In this document: one piece after another, positions 1-10,829 of the stretch
Numbering within the stretch: the first letter of the stretch is position 1
How the letters are laid out: each line of letters opens with the position of its first letter
Assembly (NCBI GenBank): GCA_013115145.1
Contig: JAAPAO010000118.1
Span: forward strand, 7,003 to 71,002
Reading direction: 5' to 3'
Origin: Perkinsus chesapeaki ATCC PRA-425
Lineage: Eukaryota > Protista > Perkinsozoa
DNA length: 64,000 bases
The notes under the pieces: generated by a model
Seen by the model: only the letters and a program-made list of their open reading frames with translations
Told to the model about the DNA's origin: nothing
The model's database searches: none
Translations under genes and position numbers: made by a program

Positions 1-473
1 CAAACTTTCTCGAGCTTTCCGATGAAGTTTACGAGTAACTAAAGAGCTCGTAGTTGGCAATGTGCGGACAATATTGCGGTTCAACTACCATATCATCGCC
101 TGCTGCGTTTGCGGGGTATATTGATGATTGTCGATTACAGGATTTGGACAAGCTATGTAACAGTGTAGAACTTGAGTTTTCCGCGGAGTCCACACGAGGA
201 ACTGAAGTGGACATCCATGTAACATCCACTCACGCCCGAGGACGAACCTAATGGATCTTTAAGATTCGGAATCTTGGATTCTGCGAGCTCACATGTGAAA
301 CATTGTTGACACAAAAATGAGCTTATATAAGTGAAGCGATAGAATCATACGGTGTGGTGAGAGCATCGTAGAATGATATAACGAAAGATATAATGGATAA
401 CTCTCACTTTTATCAACTGTCATAAGCTAAGTCTTTTGTCATCATAATAATGATAATAATGAAGTATTACGAT

Positions 474-495
474 ATGCGATTATCGCATTGCGATA
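474..495. mobile_element. Putative hAT-type excision footprint (target ATGCGATA)
   Basis: ATGCGAT+TATCGCAT+TGCGATA = T1-7 + revcomp(T) + T2-8, exact. Confidence 0.7.
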
Positions 496-899
496 GTATA
501 GCGATCATTCAGCAACACAGTTGGTTGAATCAACCCCCTCCGGTACTCCTGAAACTTCCTTGGTTGTTGGGCAATAGGAGTATCTATATTCACAAATATG
601 TGAGGTACTCTCCAGTGGAGTGTAGAGTTCTCACTAGAACTACCAGCCATTTCTATAACGAGGGTCGCCTTTCCTTGGGCAGTAGAGGAGGGCCGCTCTT
701 GCTTCAAGTTGAAGCCGTCAACCAAACTCTTCGTCCACATAGAGGAAGTTAAATCTAGGATTTCCACTTTCAGAGTAACTCGAGCTCTAGTTTTAGAGCT
801 TTGTATCGCGTTTATAAATTATTATAATGGCTTCAAATGCTACAGGGTGCCCCCCCGGGATTTAGTAACGAGTGTATCATGGATAATGTATATGTTATT

Positions 900-950
900 G
901 GTATCACGGATACGGTATCATATACGGTACGGATAGCGTACCGGGATACC
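900..950. repeat. 51-bp segment bounded by inverted repeats GGTATCACGG...CCGGGATACC
   Basis: 10-bp IR with 1 mismatch and internal GGTAT/GATAC/TACGG repeats; same terminal motif at 37364-37385. Confidence 0.4.
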
Positions 951-1174
951 ATTCCAAAGCTCTCGCCGAGATCTTTCTAATGCCGTACGAGTCACTCCGA
1001 TATTCGTACTGTACATCGAGCAATGGTCAAACGAAAAAATGTCTACATGGGGAAATGTGCTACCGGATTTGCAATTTCGCTATCTTTCGTTGTCTAAAGA
1101 GCCAAATGAACCAGATGCAACATACAGATATCATGTAGTAACAGGCCACTAGTAACAGTATATAGTAGTAACTT

Positions 1175-1440
1175 ATGACTACTATACAGGCTACAGCCTG
1201 TATTTCATCTATCATCGTTTACTCGATAGGGAGTGCGGTATTCTATGCTAATGACTGCATCGTAACGATGCTGAAAGCAGAAGGTTCTCTTTCGTTATCA
1301 CTAGTTGGCCTAGAGCTACCACTGATAACTTTCGATTTGCGGTGGGATTTCCTAGCTTCCATCGCCCAAGATGAGCCTGTTGTGTTTTGTGAGCTGTATC
1401 ATCTGCGTATAGGTTAGAGGGATGTAATTCGCGACAAGTA
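1175..1440 (-). pseudogene. Degenerate paralog of the 5730-6110 exon
   Basis: DNA similarity to ~5776-6010; peptide PLTYTQMIQLTKHNRLILG vs PLSYTQMIELTKHNRIITG; in-frame stops in this copy. Confidence 0.55.
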
Positions 1441-2443
1441 GTTATTCCACACTCTGGCCAGTGTCACTGGCGAACTCAGAAAACGCTCGAAAAACGGTGC
1501 TATATCTGAATTAGGCTCTCCGGAGTTAAGCCAGTAAGGCTATCCGATCCATTCCACAAGTGTCTGAAGTATAATTCCCTGAAGCGCCTCTTGCACATCG
1601 ACTCGCACAAACCTGCCCGAGCGATTTGTTCTCGTACCCAAAAGAAGGACGAACGGGAAACATGACCGATTTGGTCGCTTACGAAGGAGCAGTGCATGTG
1701 AGCCACCGTGGGCCACAAGACACCCACAGGCCCAGTGGCTAAACCGTGAGAGTAGGAGCGAAATGAATAACGCGGAGGCTCAGGCCGCTTGAGCTAGGCG
1801 GGCCTCGTTTAGGCCCGCTGCACCCCTACCCCACTTGAGAGACGCGAGGCATGCGTACGGGCATAGCTGCCCGCTCCGATGAGGGATGTGATGACTACAG
1901 TTGGACATACAATATGTTATGAGTCATTAACAATGACATCGGAGAATGTGACACTTCGCTCTGTCTACTCCATCATGTAGGCGCTACACCAACTCGCCCA
2001 ATGAAGTACTTTTTGAACTTGCTACATTGTTGAGGGTCAACTTCATTACGGAACGCATTCTCAGGAAGTCATGTTTCTTAAGATTTGCGAACAACTAGGG
2101 CGTGTTATTCGAGAACTCTCCTAGGTATGTGTTATATATGAGGAGTAAAATTTACTCAGCAAATACTTACTAATATTATACTGCCCGAATATACTCCCTA
2201 ACCGCTATTGCGGCATATAACTAAGTTGAATACCCAAAACTGCACGCAAAGCTCACTTCTTCGCTGCAGTTTTAAGCTGTGACTGCTGAGGATGTTATTG
2301 TGTTGCTATTATGATGTATAATAACGACGAAACTATTCATAGGGAACATATGCGGAGTACCCATAGGCTGATCCGCCTCAGTTGCTCCACAATCTTAAGA
2401 GAAGGGTTGCTCACAATATGTTGTGCAGTGTATATCATAACAT

Positions 2444-3544
2444 ATGTGGGCTGCTCTTCACATTCTCTCACTTTTTATCCCCATTCATTCTACCAACAGG
2501 TTCTATAAGTGGGTCGATTACCCTTGGGTGTTCAAGGAAGGCCCCTTCTGCCGCGACGGAACTCTCTGCCCAGAGAGTCAGAACTACACTTGGGACTTTT
2601 ACTTTGACAAGCTCCTCGATATCGGTGGAGAAAGTTTTGTGCTTGGTGATTACAATATCAAAAACAGCGAATTCGTGAATTATAGCGGCTTCGAATGGGA
2701 TATGTGTGGTTTCGATGATTTAAAGCGAAGAGTTGAGGATAAAAATGGTACGGTTTTATGCTCAGTGGAGCTTTACGATAGAGCTTTCAACAAGACCGTC
2801 TTCCTTGAGAGCGCCACGGGCTTCCTCAAGAAGTATCCAGTGAACGGTTTCATGATATCTGTATTCAAAGAATCTGAACCGAATGTGATGCTAGAAGTCA
2901 TCCAGAGTATTCAGGAGCTGAATCTTACCGCGGCACTGTAGTAAGTGTGGAACTGGTCACGGAGAGTACTAAATGATCGTTGTATGGCAGTTTCGGCTCG
3001 ACAGAGTGGCATGTCGCAAAGCAGTGCGGGCTGGCTGCGACCGCAGATCTCATTTTTGTTGGCTTGGAGCCAAAATATGATGATCAAATAGTGACCTTTA
3101 ACACTGATGCATTCGCCGAGGAAGCTATCAAGAATGCCAGCCTAACCGGTGCGAAACCTGAAAATATGGTTTTAGCGGTAAGCTCACCGCTTAGTCGCTC
3201 TCGGATACAGCTACTGAGGGCTCTTCAATGAGTCATTGCTTCTTCAGATACCACTGATCGCAAGAGCAGTTCATCCCGCCTCTGACATGGGCTACTCCAA
3301 CATGATCTACGACTTCAACGCGGATCCTAAGGGAAACGGATCGGTTATCTCCAGCTCTAATAACACATATTATTTCTTCTCTCAAACCCGTGCCGGTGAT
3401 AAGTTAGGATTGGTCACAGAACATGGTCTACATGGCGTCATGCTCGCATCTGGATATTTATTAACGGCAGACCTCTATCCATGGGATGAATCATCGCTCT
3501 TCTATGCCTTAGCTACGAAAAGTGCAAAGCCAGTCCAAAGTTGA
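2444..3544 (+). CDS. Secreted GH18 chitinase-like protein, catalytically inactive; exons 2444-2940, 2991-3177, 3248-3544
   Basis: Signal peptide; GT-AG introns of 50 and 70 nt keep frame; FLKKYPVNGFMIS aligns to the GH18 beta4 motif; KLGLVTEHGLHGVML aligns to the GH18 beta8 motif. Confidence 0.7.
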
Positions 3545-3943
3545 TGATCAGGTACAGTGTTACCTGATCGGACAAGATGGAATTCCTTATCAGGCCTGCT
3601 CTTTGCGCCATCAGATCTGGATCTACTTCACCCGTCCGATAAGTATCGATTAAAATGGAGTACACTTATTATTGTAGCTTGAGCGATTACTCCAACAGTT
3701 GTACGTATGTACATTGTTATACTCGTCCGCCTACCGCCTGTTGCGCTCCTAGTACCCGGATGGCTAGCCGAACTGTTATCATTGATTATCACGGTGATAT
3801 CCATGTGAAAACACCTGTGGGCATCCTCATTATCATTAGCTGATGTCAGACGCGGATCACACCGTAATGGTACAGCCCTCCCCAATGAATAGAATATTCC
3901 GTTTTTAACGATTTCTCGTCTGCTATTGCGTATGACGGTCGTA

Positions 3944-4140
3944 GCGGACTAGCTGAAACCGCAAATCTCAGTTTTGTGTAATTGGTGCGTAATTATGATG
4001 ATTAAATATCATTAAGAGAGTTAAAATAATTCTCTTATGATGACCTTTAACACCGAATCGGTGTCACCGATGCATTCGCCGAGGAAGCTATCACCAATGC
4101 CAGCCTAGCTGGTGCGAAACCTATAAATATGATTTTAGCG
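3944..4140 (+). pseudogene. Third, fragmentary GH18-like copy (exon 2 only), disrupted by two insertions
   Basis: Aligns to exon 2 of both neighbours; carries a ~32-bp IR-bounded insertion (~4008-4040) and the 14-nt footprint insertion. Confidence 0.75.
4050..4071. mobile_element. Putative hAT-type excision footprint (target ACACCGAT)
   Basis: ACACCGA+ATCGGTGT+CACCGAT; intact paralog at ~5256 reads AACACCGATGC, so this is a +14-nt insertion. Confidence 0.8.
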
Positions 4141-4219
4141 ATGCTAATGTCAGCTGCTGGCAGTAAACCCTCGGAGTTAAGAGACCAAATTAGCTCGCCG
4201 GCGATCCTTCACAGCTGAG

Positions 4220-4525
4220 CTACCGCTCCCTCGTTTCCCGGTGGAGCTGTCTCCCCTCCTCCATTGAGACGACGTTTAGGACCGAGGCGCCGGATGTGAC
4301 ATCTCTGGCCACAACTATAGCGAGCCGCTTGCTGCAAGCGAGAGAATTATACCTTGGACGATCCCACAGTGGGAGTCCCACTCCGGTTGGCATGACCTTT
4401 GCCTTTTCCTCGATGACCTTTGCCTTTACCCGTTTAGCTGCGGCGCTGCCCATCATAGCGTCTGCGTGCTGGCTGTGCTCGTCCGAACGAGCAGCTTTCA
4501 ACTGATCACGGTCAGTCTCAGTCAA
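4220..4525 (-). other. Orphan coding-like fragment between the GH18-like genes
   Basis: GC-rich 101-aa ORF with a short tandem duplication and a near-perfect footprint at 4361-4382; no family recognised. Confidence 0.25.
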
Positions 4526-4592
4526 CTAGTCAAGGCTGGTTGCTGTAAGGCATCAGAGCATGTGACTAGTAGCATCACCTTTGTTACGACAT

Positions 4593-5685
4593 ATGTGGAC
4601 TACTCTTCACATTCTCCTACTTCTCATTCCCCTTCAAGCTACGAGCGAGTTCTACAAATGGATTTCCTTCCCTTGGGCATACAGAGTAGGCCCCTGGTGC
4701 TTCAACCAAACCCTTTGCCCACACAAACAAAGTTACACTTGGGACTCTTACTTTGACCAACTGCTGGATATCGGTGCCAAGAACTTTGTACTCGGTGGTT
4801 ACGAGGTTAGGAACAGTACAATCGTACAAGACTCCATACTATACCCTGAATGGAATGTATCTGGATTCATGGATCCACAACGACGGGTTACCGACAGGAA
4901 TGGGACGACATTATGCGCATTGACAGTTTTCGACGAACCATTCGACAAGGCCCACTTCCTTGAGAGCACTAAAGCCTTCCTCAAGAAGTACTCTGTGAAC
5001 GGTTTTCAAATATCAGCATTCACCTGGTCGAAGGAAAGCATCGATGCTGTACTAGGTATCATTCGGACTATCCAGGAGCTGAATCTCACCGCGGCATTCC
5101 AGTAAGTGTCAAGTTTCTCGTTAATGTCGGCAGCCCTCTATGGCAGTTTTGGAACGACGAGTTGGGAGGTCGCGCATGAAAGAGGAATACCCGCAGCTGC
5201 AGACCTCAATTTTGTTGGCTTGTGGCCTACGTATAAGGGGCAAGTCGTGACCTTCAACACCGATGCATTTGCCGAGGAAGCGATCAAAAATGCCACCCTA
5301 GCAGGTGCTAAACCCGAAAACACAATCCTATCGGTGAGTTACCCATCCCGTTGACTGCGATTTCCGACTGGTCACTATTCGCTTCATCCATCTGTTTCTG
5401 TAGGTGCCCCTCGTCGCAAAAGCTACATATCCCACCTCAGACATGGGTTACTCTAGCATGATTTATGACTTCCATGCTGATCCTAAAGGCAATGGCTCGG
5501 TTATATTCAGTCCTGGTAATGGATATTATTTCTTCTCTCAAACCCGTGCCGTTGATAAGTTAAGATTAGTAAAACAACATGGTCTACATGGCGTCATGCT
5601 CGAGTCCGGATACGACATGTTGGAGGACCTCTATCCATGGGATGAGTCATCGCTCTTCTATGCCTTGGCTACAAAGAGTGTGTAA
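4593..5685 (+). CDS. Secreted GH18 chitinase-like protein paralog, inactive; exons 4593-5101, 5147-5333, 5404-5685
   Basis: Same intron positions and phases as 2444-3544; FLKKYSVNGFQIS motif; signal peptide MWTTLHILLLLIPLQA. Confidence 0.7.
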
Positions 5686-5729
5686 CACAACGGTCAAAGT
5701 TCGACCATTAAGTCACTTAGAAATAGTCA

Positions 5730-6110
5730 TTAAAAGCAGGATTCAGCCTGTGTTGCATCTATTATTATACACTTGATAGGGAAAGTGGTATTTCCTGCTA
5801 ATGACTGCGTCGTAATAATGCTAAAGCTAGGAGGACATTCCCTCCCTTTCCGGTCTCTTTCGTCTTCCCTATTATACATAGGGACCCTGTGGTAGGGTAT
5901 CTCTGATACCCTATTAATATGCGGTGGCTTTGTTCTTGTTTCCATCGCACCAGTGATGATCCGGTTGTGTTTTGTAAGCTCTATCATCTGCGTATAGGAT
6001 AGAGGAAACGTTGTCCGCGTCAAAACACGGGGCGGCCAGCGGAAAGAAAAACAGCGATTCTTTCTTCCATCGTGTTTTCCATTCGTGCATGAAGTAAAAC
6101 GGAAAATCAT
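5730..6110 (-). CDS. Hypothetical terminal exon or gene remnant, paralogous to 1175-1440
   Basis: 126-aa open frame conserved at amino-acid level with the 1.2-kb copy; upstream exons unresolved. Confidence 0.35.
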   Translation of the reverse strand: MIFRFTSCTNGKHDGRKNRCFSFRWPPRVLTRTTFPLSYTQMIELTKHNRIITGAMETRTKPPHINRVSEIPYHRVPMYNREDERDRKGRECPPSFSIITTQSLAGNTTFPIKCIIIDATQAESCF

Positions 6111-6358
6111 CGGAGCTTTGCTGAGGTAGCTTTGGTGTCATAAATCTTGTCCATCATGCTGATCGATCCTTGCACTATATAGCTCACACAATTCCGGTCT
6201 TTGGTAGACAGTCTATCGCGCAATTGTCGTACCACAGTATTACAATTATACTATTACTAGCTTCCTTTACTCGTGATATTCTACCCATTACTCACTTTTC
6301 TCTATTAACCTATCTCGTTAAGTATGAGCCTGATCTATAATCGTTGAGTCACGACTAT

Positions 6359-6380
6359 GCTATCCGGGATAGCCTATCCC
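6359..6380. mobile_element. Putative hAT-type excision footprint (target GCTATCCC)
   Basis: GCTATCC+GGGATAGC+CTATCCC, exact. Confidence 0.7.
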
Positions 6381-6799
6381 TAACGAGATAGTGCATCCTG
6401 TCGACTCGACTCCATAGTAGTTGCAGTTGATTTTCTTATAGTTCCCCGACTATGATCGAACAGTTGATCGTGCTGGTGGTCCAATACCAACAGTTGAAGT
6501 GTTGTCCTCTGTAGGTGTGCAAGGCAAAGTTGTGCATTTATTTCACCTTGAGTCGAGGTTCACGGCAAGTGCCAATACGAATATCCTTCAAGACCATCAT
6601 CTCTTCTTGAAATTCCCGGAAAACAGGCGTTTCATTTGATGGAAGTTTTGATTAAAGACTGGGACAAACTGAAGGTGCGTACATTTATTACAAGGAAGAC
6701 ATTACCCATGTTTAACATGCACAGTTAACAAGCAGTATTACACAAGGTGTTACAGTAAGAGCCAAGAAAGCTCATAGTCAAATCGCTACAGCCAAAAGG

Positions 6800-9700
6800 C
6801 TAAAAGTGACGATCACAAATTGACTGTATAGCGGACGCGGCGGGAGTTGATTGTTGAATGTTCTCAACTTGAAGGATGTGTGAGCAAGTGCTAGCTTCCG
6901 GTAGATTCACCACCTTCGTGAGGCCCCTGAAAGAATCTCCGCTGTGCTCCCAAAGTCTCCACCCATCCCAATCGGAGGACTATTTCATTGAAAGCCGTCT
7001 CACCTTCTGAGAGTGCCACTTGCACTCGGACAGGTCGCATAAAGTGTCCAATTATATCCACTCTCAGAATCGACTTTGTAGAAGAGCACGAATGTTTGTG
7101 ATTTACCAGTAACATCACCATCGGTGCTCAACATACATTGCTTTGTACCATGAATATCATACAATCGCATCTGACACAATCTCATAGTACATCAAACACC
7201 GAAAAAAATACACCACTCATTTACCTGTCCAGCGTTGCCTGTCCCTGTTGGGGCAGTCCTATCGGATAAAATCGGTTCGAATAGCTTACAAAGGCTTTTC
7301 GTCCATGCCTCCTTATTTGTCGCTCCTGGTATGAGCCACTTCCACATTGTACAGCAGTCGCTATACTCCGTATTGGTGACTATTATCATTAAAAGGTCCC
7401 TGCCACCAATATGAAAGGCAACGAGCTTTCTGTGTAACCTACGTTCTAAGATTCTTGGTGCCGTCCATATAGCATCTACTCCTGAGCTCCCATATCCTTC
7501 GACCGGTATCATACATCATATGGAAGACTGACGATTCCCCACCGTAAAGAGTTGAGCAGCTGAGGCCTGTACGACCGCCCTCTGAAGGCTGAGGGGACAA
7601 TCCTCTACCGCCGTCATTCATTAAAGGTCTAGTAGTAGGGTTGTTATAATATGGTCTAGTAGTAGGGTTGTCATAATACGGCCTAGTAGTAGGGTTATTA
7701 TAATACGGCCTAGTAGTATGCCTAGTGGTAGGGTTATTATANNNNNNNNNNNNNNNNNNNNNNNNNNNNNNNNNNNNNNNNNNNNNNNNNNNNNNNNNNN
7801 NNNNNNNNNNNNNNNNNNNNNNNNNNNNNNNNNNNNNNNTAATATGGTCTAGTGGTAGGGTTATTATAATATGGTCTAGTGGTAGGGTTATTATAATACG
7901 GTCTAGTAGTATGCCTAGTGGTAGGGTTATTATAATATGGTCTAGTGGTAGGGTTATTATAATATGGTCTAGTGGTAGGGTTATTATAATACGGTCTAGT
8001 AGTAGGTCTAGTGGTAGGGTTGTTATAATATGGTCTAGTAGTAGGGTTGTTATAATATGGTCTAGTAGTAGGCCTAGTGCTAGGGTTACCAGATGTGCCC
8101 CCAAAATATCGGCCACATACGGTATCAATAGCAACACGTGCCGTCACTTGTAAATTTGGAACACCTTCGTTGAGGAGAATCTTCTTGCAGTCAGCGTTAC
8201 TGGTTGCTCCCGATACAACCAAAGTTGCCCTTAGTCCTCTACACACAAATACTTCAGCAACTGCCGCCATGATTCTATCACAGCAGCAGCTTACCTTTTA
8301 ACACCATCAGACTCGCTTGGATCAGGACAACTGGCGTCCAGGGTCCACTGTGATGAGGGAGAGATAACCTTATGAAACAATATGAAAAATTCGCCGTCCA
8401 TGAGTGAACAATGGTCTATATTCTTAACCCGACTGGAACGTATCTAAATCGATAAGTGCCTCAAAAGTCTTTACTTATGAAACCTACGTTGTTGGCTTGG
8501 CCAGTGCCGTTGAAGGGAGTGCCCACATTCAGGAGAGGGCAGAATGATCTGATCCACGCTGGGTCCCCTTGCACCCCAGGAGAGAGATAATGGAAAAACG
8601 GGGTGCATGAAGAGTAGGCCTTGTCGGTCGCCAAGTACATCCTCATATCCCTGAAAACACAAAAGGCATACGGAGTCGAGATGATGCACGGTGTGATAGA
8701 AATGTTTATAATGACACACAATCGACGAGCTTTGAAGGGTATGTGGTTACTTTTTGAGCATGTTAGTCCCTGGTATATAACAGTAACCATCAACTCTCCA
8801 TATAGTCAATCCAATATCATACATCATATGGAACCCAACACCTTGAGGGGCATCGTAGGCCCCACAGTATATACCTGTTCTTTGCTTCAAATTCGCGGCT
8901 GGTGTCGTGGAACCGTATGGCCTGGTAGTAGGGTTATTATAATACGGTCTAGTGGTCGGTCTAGTAGTAGGCCTAGTGGTCGGTCTAGTGGTCGGGCTAA
9001 TAGTAGGCCTGGTGTTGGGTGAAGAGGTAGGGTTTATGTACGGTGTAGTAGCAGTTGTCATAATGCTTGGACGGCCCATATTGACAGGTCTAGTGGTGAC
9101 CATAGGTTCTGCTGTTGTAGTAGATTGTGGTATACCACTAATAGTGCCACATATCTTATCCATGGCTCCGGTCTCATCCAACTGGGAGCTCCCTATTATA
9201 CCCAGGAATATGCGACTGCAGGATTGGTAACCAGATAGACCATTCGGTGTGACAACATTTGCCAAAGGAAGCCTAACAGAAATAATCCTCGTCAAATCTC
9301 GAACCATGTAACACCAGGCTCACAAATTAGATCCCTGGTCAGAGGGGCACTGCGCTAGTCGCTTCCAATTGGTGCCAGCGCCTGTGGGTTGGTAGTAGAG
9401 CAAGAAGGTATCTTTGTTAACCATGATGAGACATTGGTCCGCGCCAGTGTAACGACCGTATTGAACCTGAACAGGAAAAAGTTTGCTGCTGGGAATCGCG
9501 GATGACATTTACCCAGAAGGGCCACTGAGCGCCAGGCTCCCTGAACTTCGGGGCCTCCTTAATTTCCAGGTGGAAGTGACGAACACAAACCAGTCTCATT
9601 ATTGTGGCGGCCGACAACTTGGGATGAAAGTGGAACATAGTAAGCAAGTCCATACAGCTATCTGGAGATCTACCCACGGCGACCATCTTATACAAAGGCC

Positions 9701-10792
9701 TGAGACAGCAAAATAGCTAAAGGAAGGGGGAGCTCCAAAGAAAGGAGTAGAACTGAGGTTAGAAGATCGCAGGAAGGATCATGCCCAGTGTCGTCTGTAT
9801 TTCACTAGGGATACGGACGGCAGTCCCTGCTTTAGAGAGGACTCCTCTCTAAAGCAGGGACTCCTCTCAGAGGAGTTCTTGCTAAGCATGAGTAAGTTGA
9901 ATCCGATACAGTAAACAATACAGTGAACGGTACGGTGGTCTATTTCCATACGGTGCCACATGAGCTGATCACCTAAAATAGGCATATCCTTCTCACTTTG
10001 GATAGAGTCCTCTGGAGTATTCATCATAATTACAACGGGCGTGGAGGAGCCACACAGTATCAAGGGAGCTGTCCTCGGGTCTCGATAAGTTGAAGTACTG
10101 TTCACCGACGCTCACGCCGTTGCATTTATAGAAGGAGCCCTGAAGGGAAGTGATGTAAAAAGGGCGTCGATATAGACCAATATTTATGTTATGAAATCTA
10201 CCGGATTTGAAGGCGCCTCGGTTGTAGTGGTTGACGCTTTAGTTGTAGGAGTAGTGTGTCGACTACAAAGCTCGTCCACCACTTGCTCAGGGGTGAGTTC
10301 TATGCTCAATCCGAAGGACTCGAAGATTCCCCGACAGTCTGCCTTCCCTGACTGAGCGATGTTGATGCCATCCGTTGGTAGGAGACCCTCGGCGTTACGA
10401 GACCAAATCCTACAAAGAACGATCGTGGAGCATGACTTCATTTAGCGATAAGAACTCACTTGAATTTAGGCTCTATATTGCGGCACTTTCCCGCCACCTG
10501 TACACGATAGGAGCCCTAGCAGGACGAGAAATTAAGAAACAACAGTGGTATTGAATGACAATAACCTACTTCTCCAGAGCGGGTACTAGTGATACCGAAG
10601 AATATGGTCTCGCTGGTCACTGACAGCAAACACATCGTTCGAGTGGGCAGCTGCTTTGTGCGTATCTGAGAAATATCATCTAGCGATAACATTGGTGACC
10701 TATGAATGCATACCTCATCCAACCAAGTCTTTTTTACTGTCGTACCTGCCGTCGTCGTCGTTGTGGTGGTGGTGGTCGTCGTCGTCGTCGTT

Positions 10793-10829
<37 letters not shown>

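Noticed and set aside
1713-1728. CCACAAGACACCCAC shared with ~17075
   Set aside because: Same orientation, 15 kb apart, no inverted partner or TSD; insufficient to call an element.
3546-3569. Hairpin GATCAGGTA-CAGTGT-TACCTGATC after the GH18 stop as a terminator
   Set aside because: No U-tract and eukaryotic context; function unsupported.
5914-6141. LYADD in two paralogous segments, resembling a reverse-transcriptase YADD motif
   Set aside because: A different frame (YTQMIELTKHNR) is the one conserved with conservative substitutions, and no other RT motifs are nearby.
7622-8080. Regular repeats as a CRISPR array
   Set aside because: No unique spacers, in-frame coding repeat, eukaryotic context.
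9779-10105. 108-aa ORF as a separate gene or alternative terminal exon
   Set aside because: No splice phase fits; a 9700-9996 intron joins the flanking domain halves in frame, and part of the ORF is footprint sequence.
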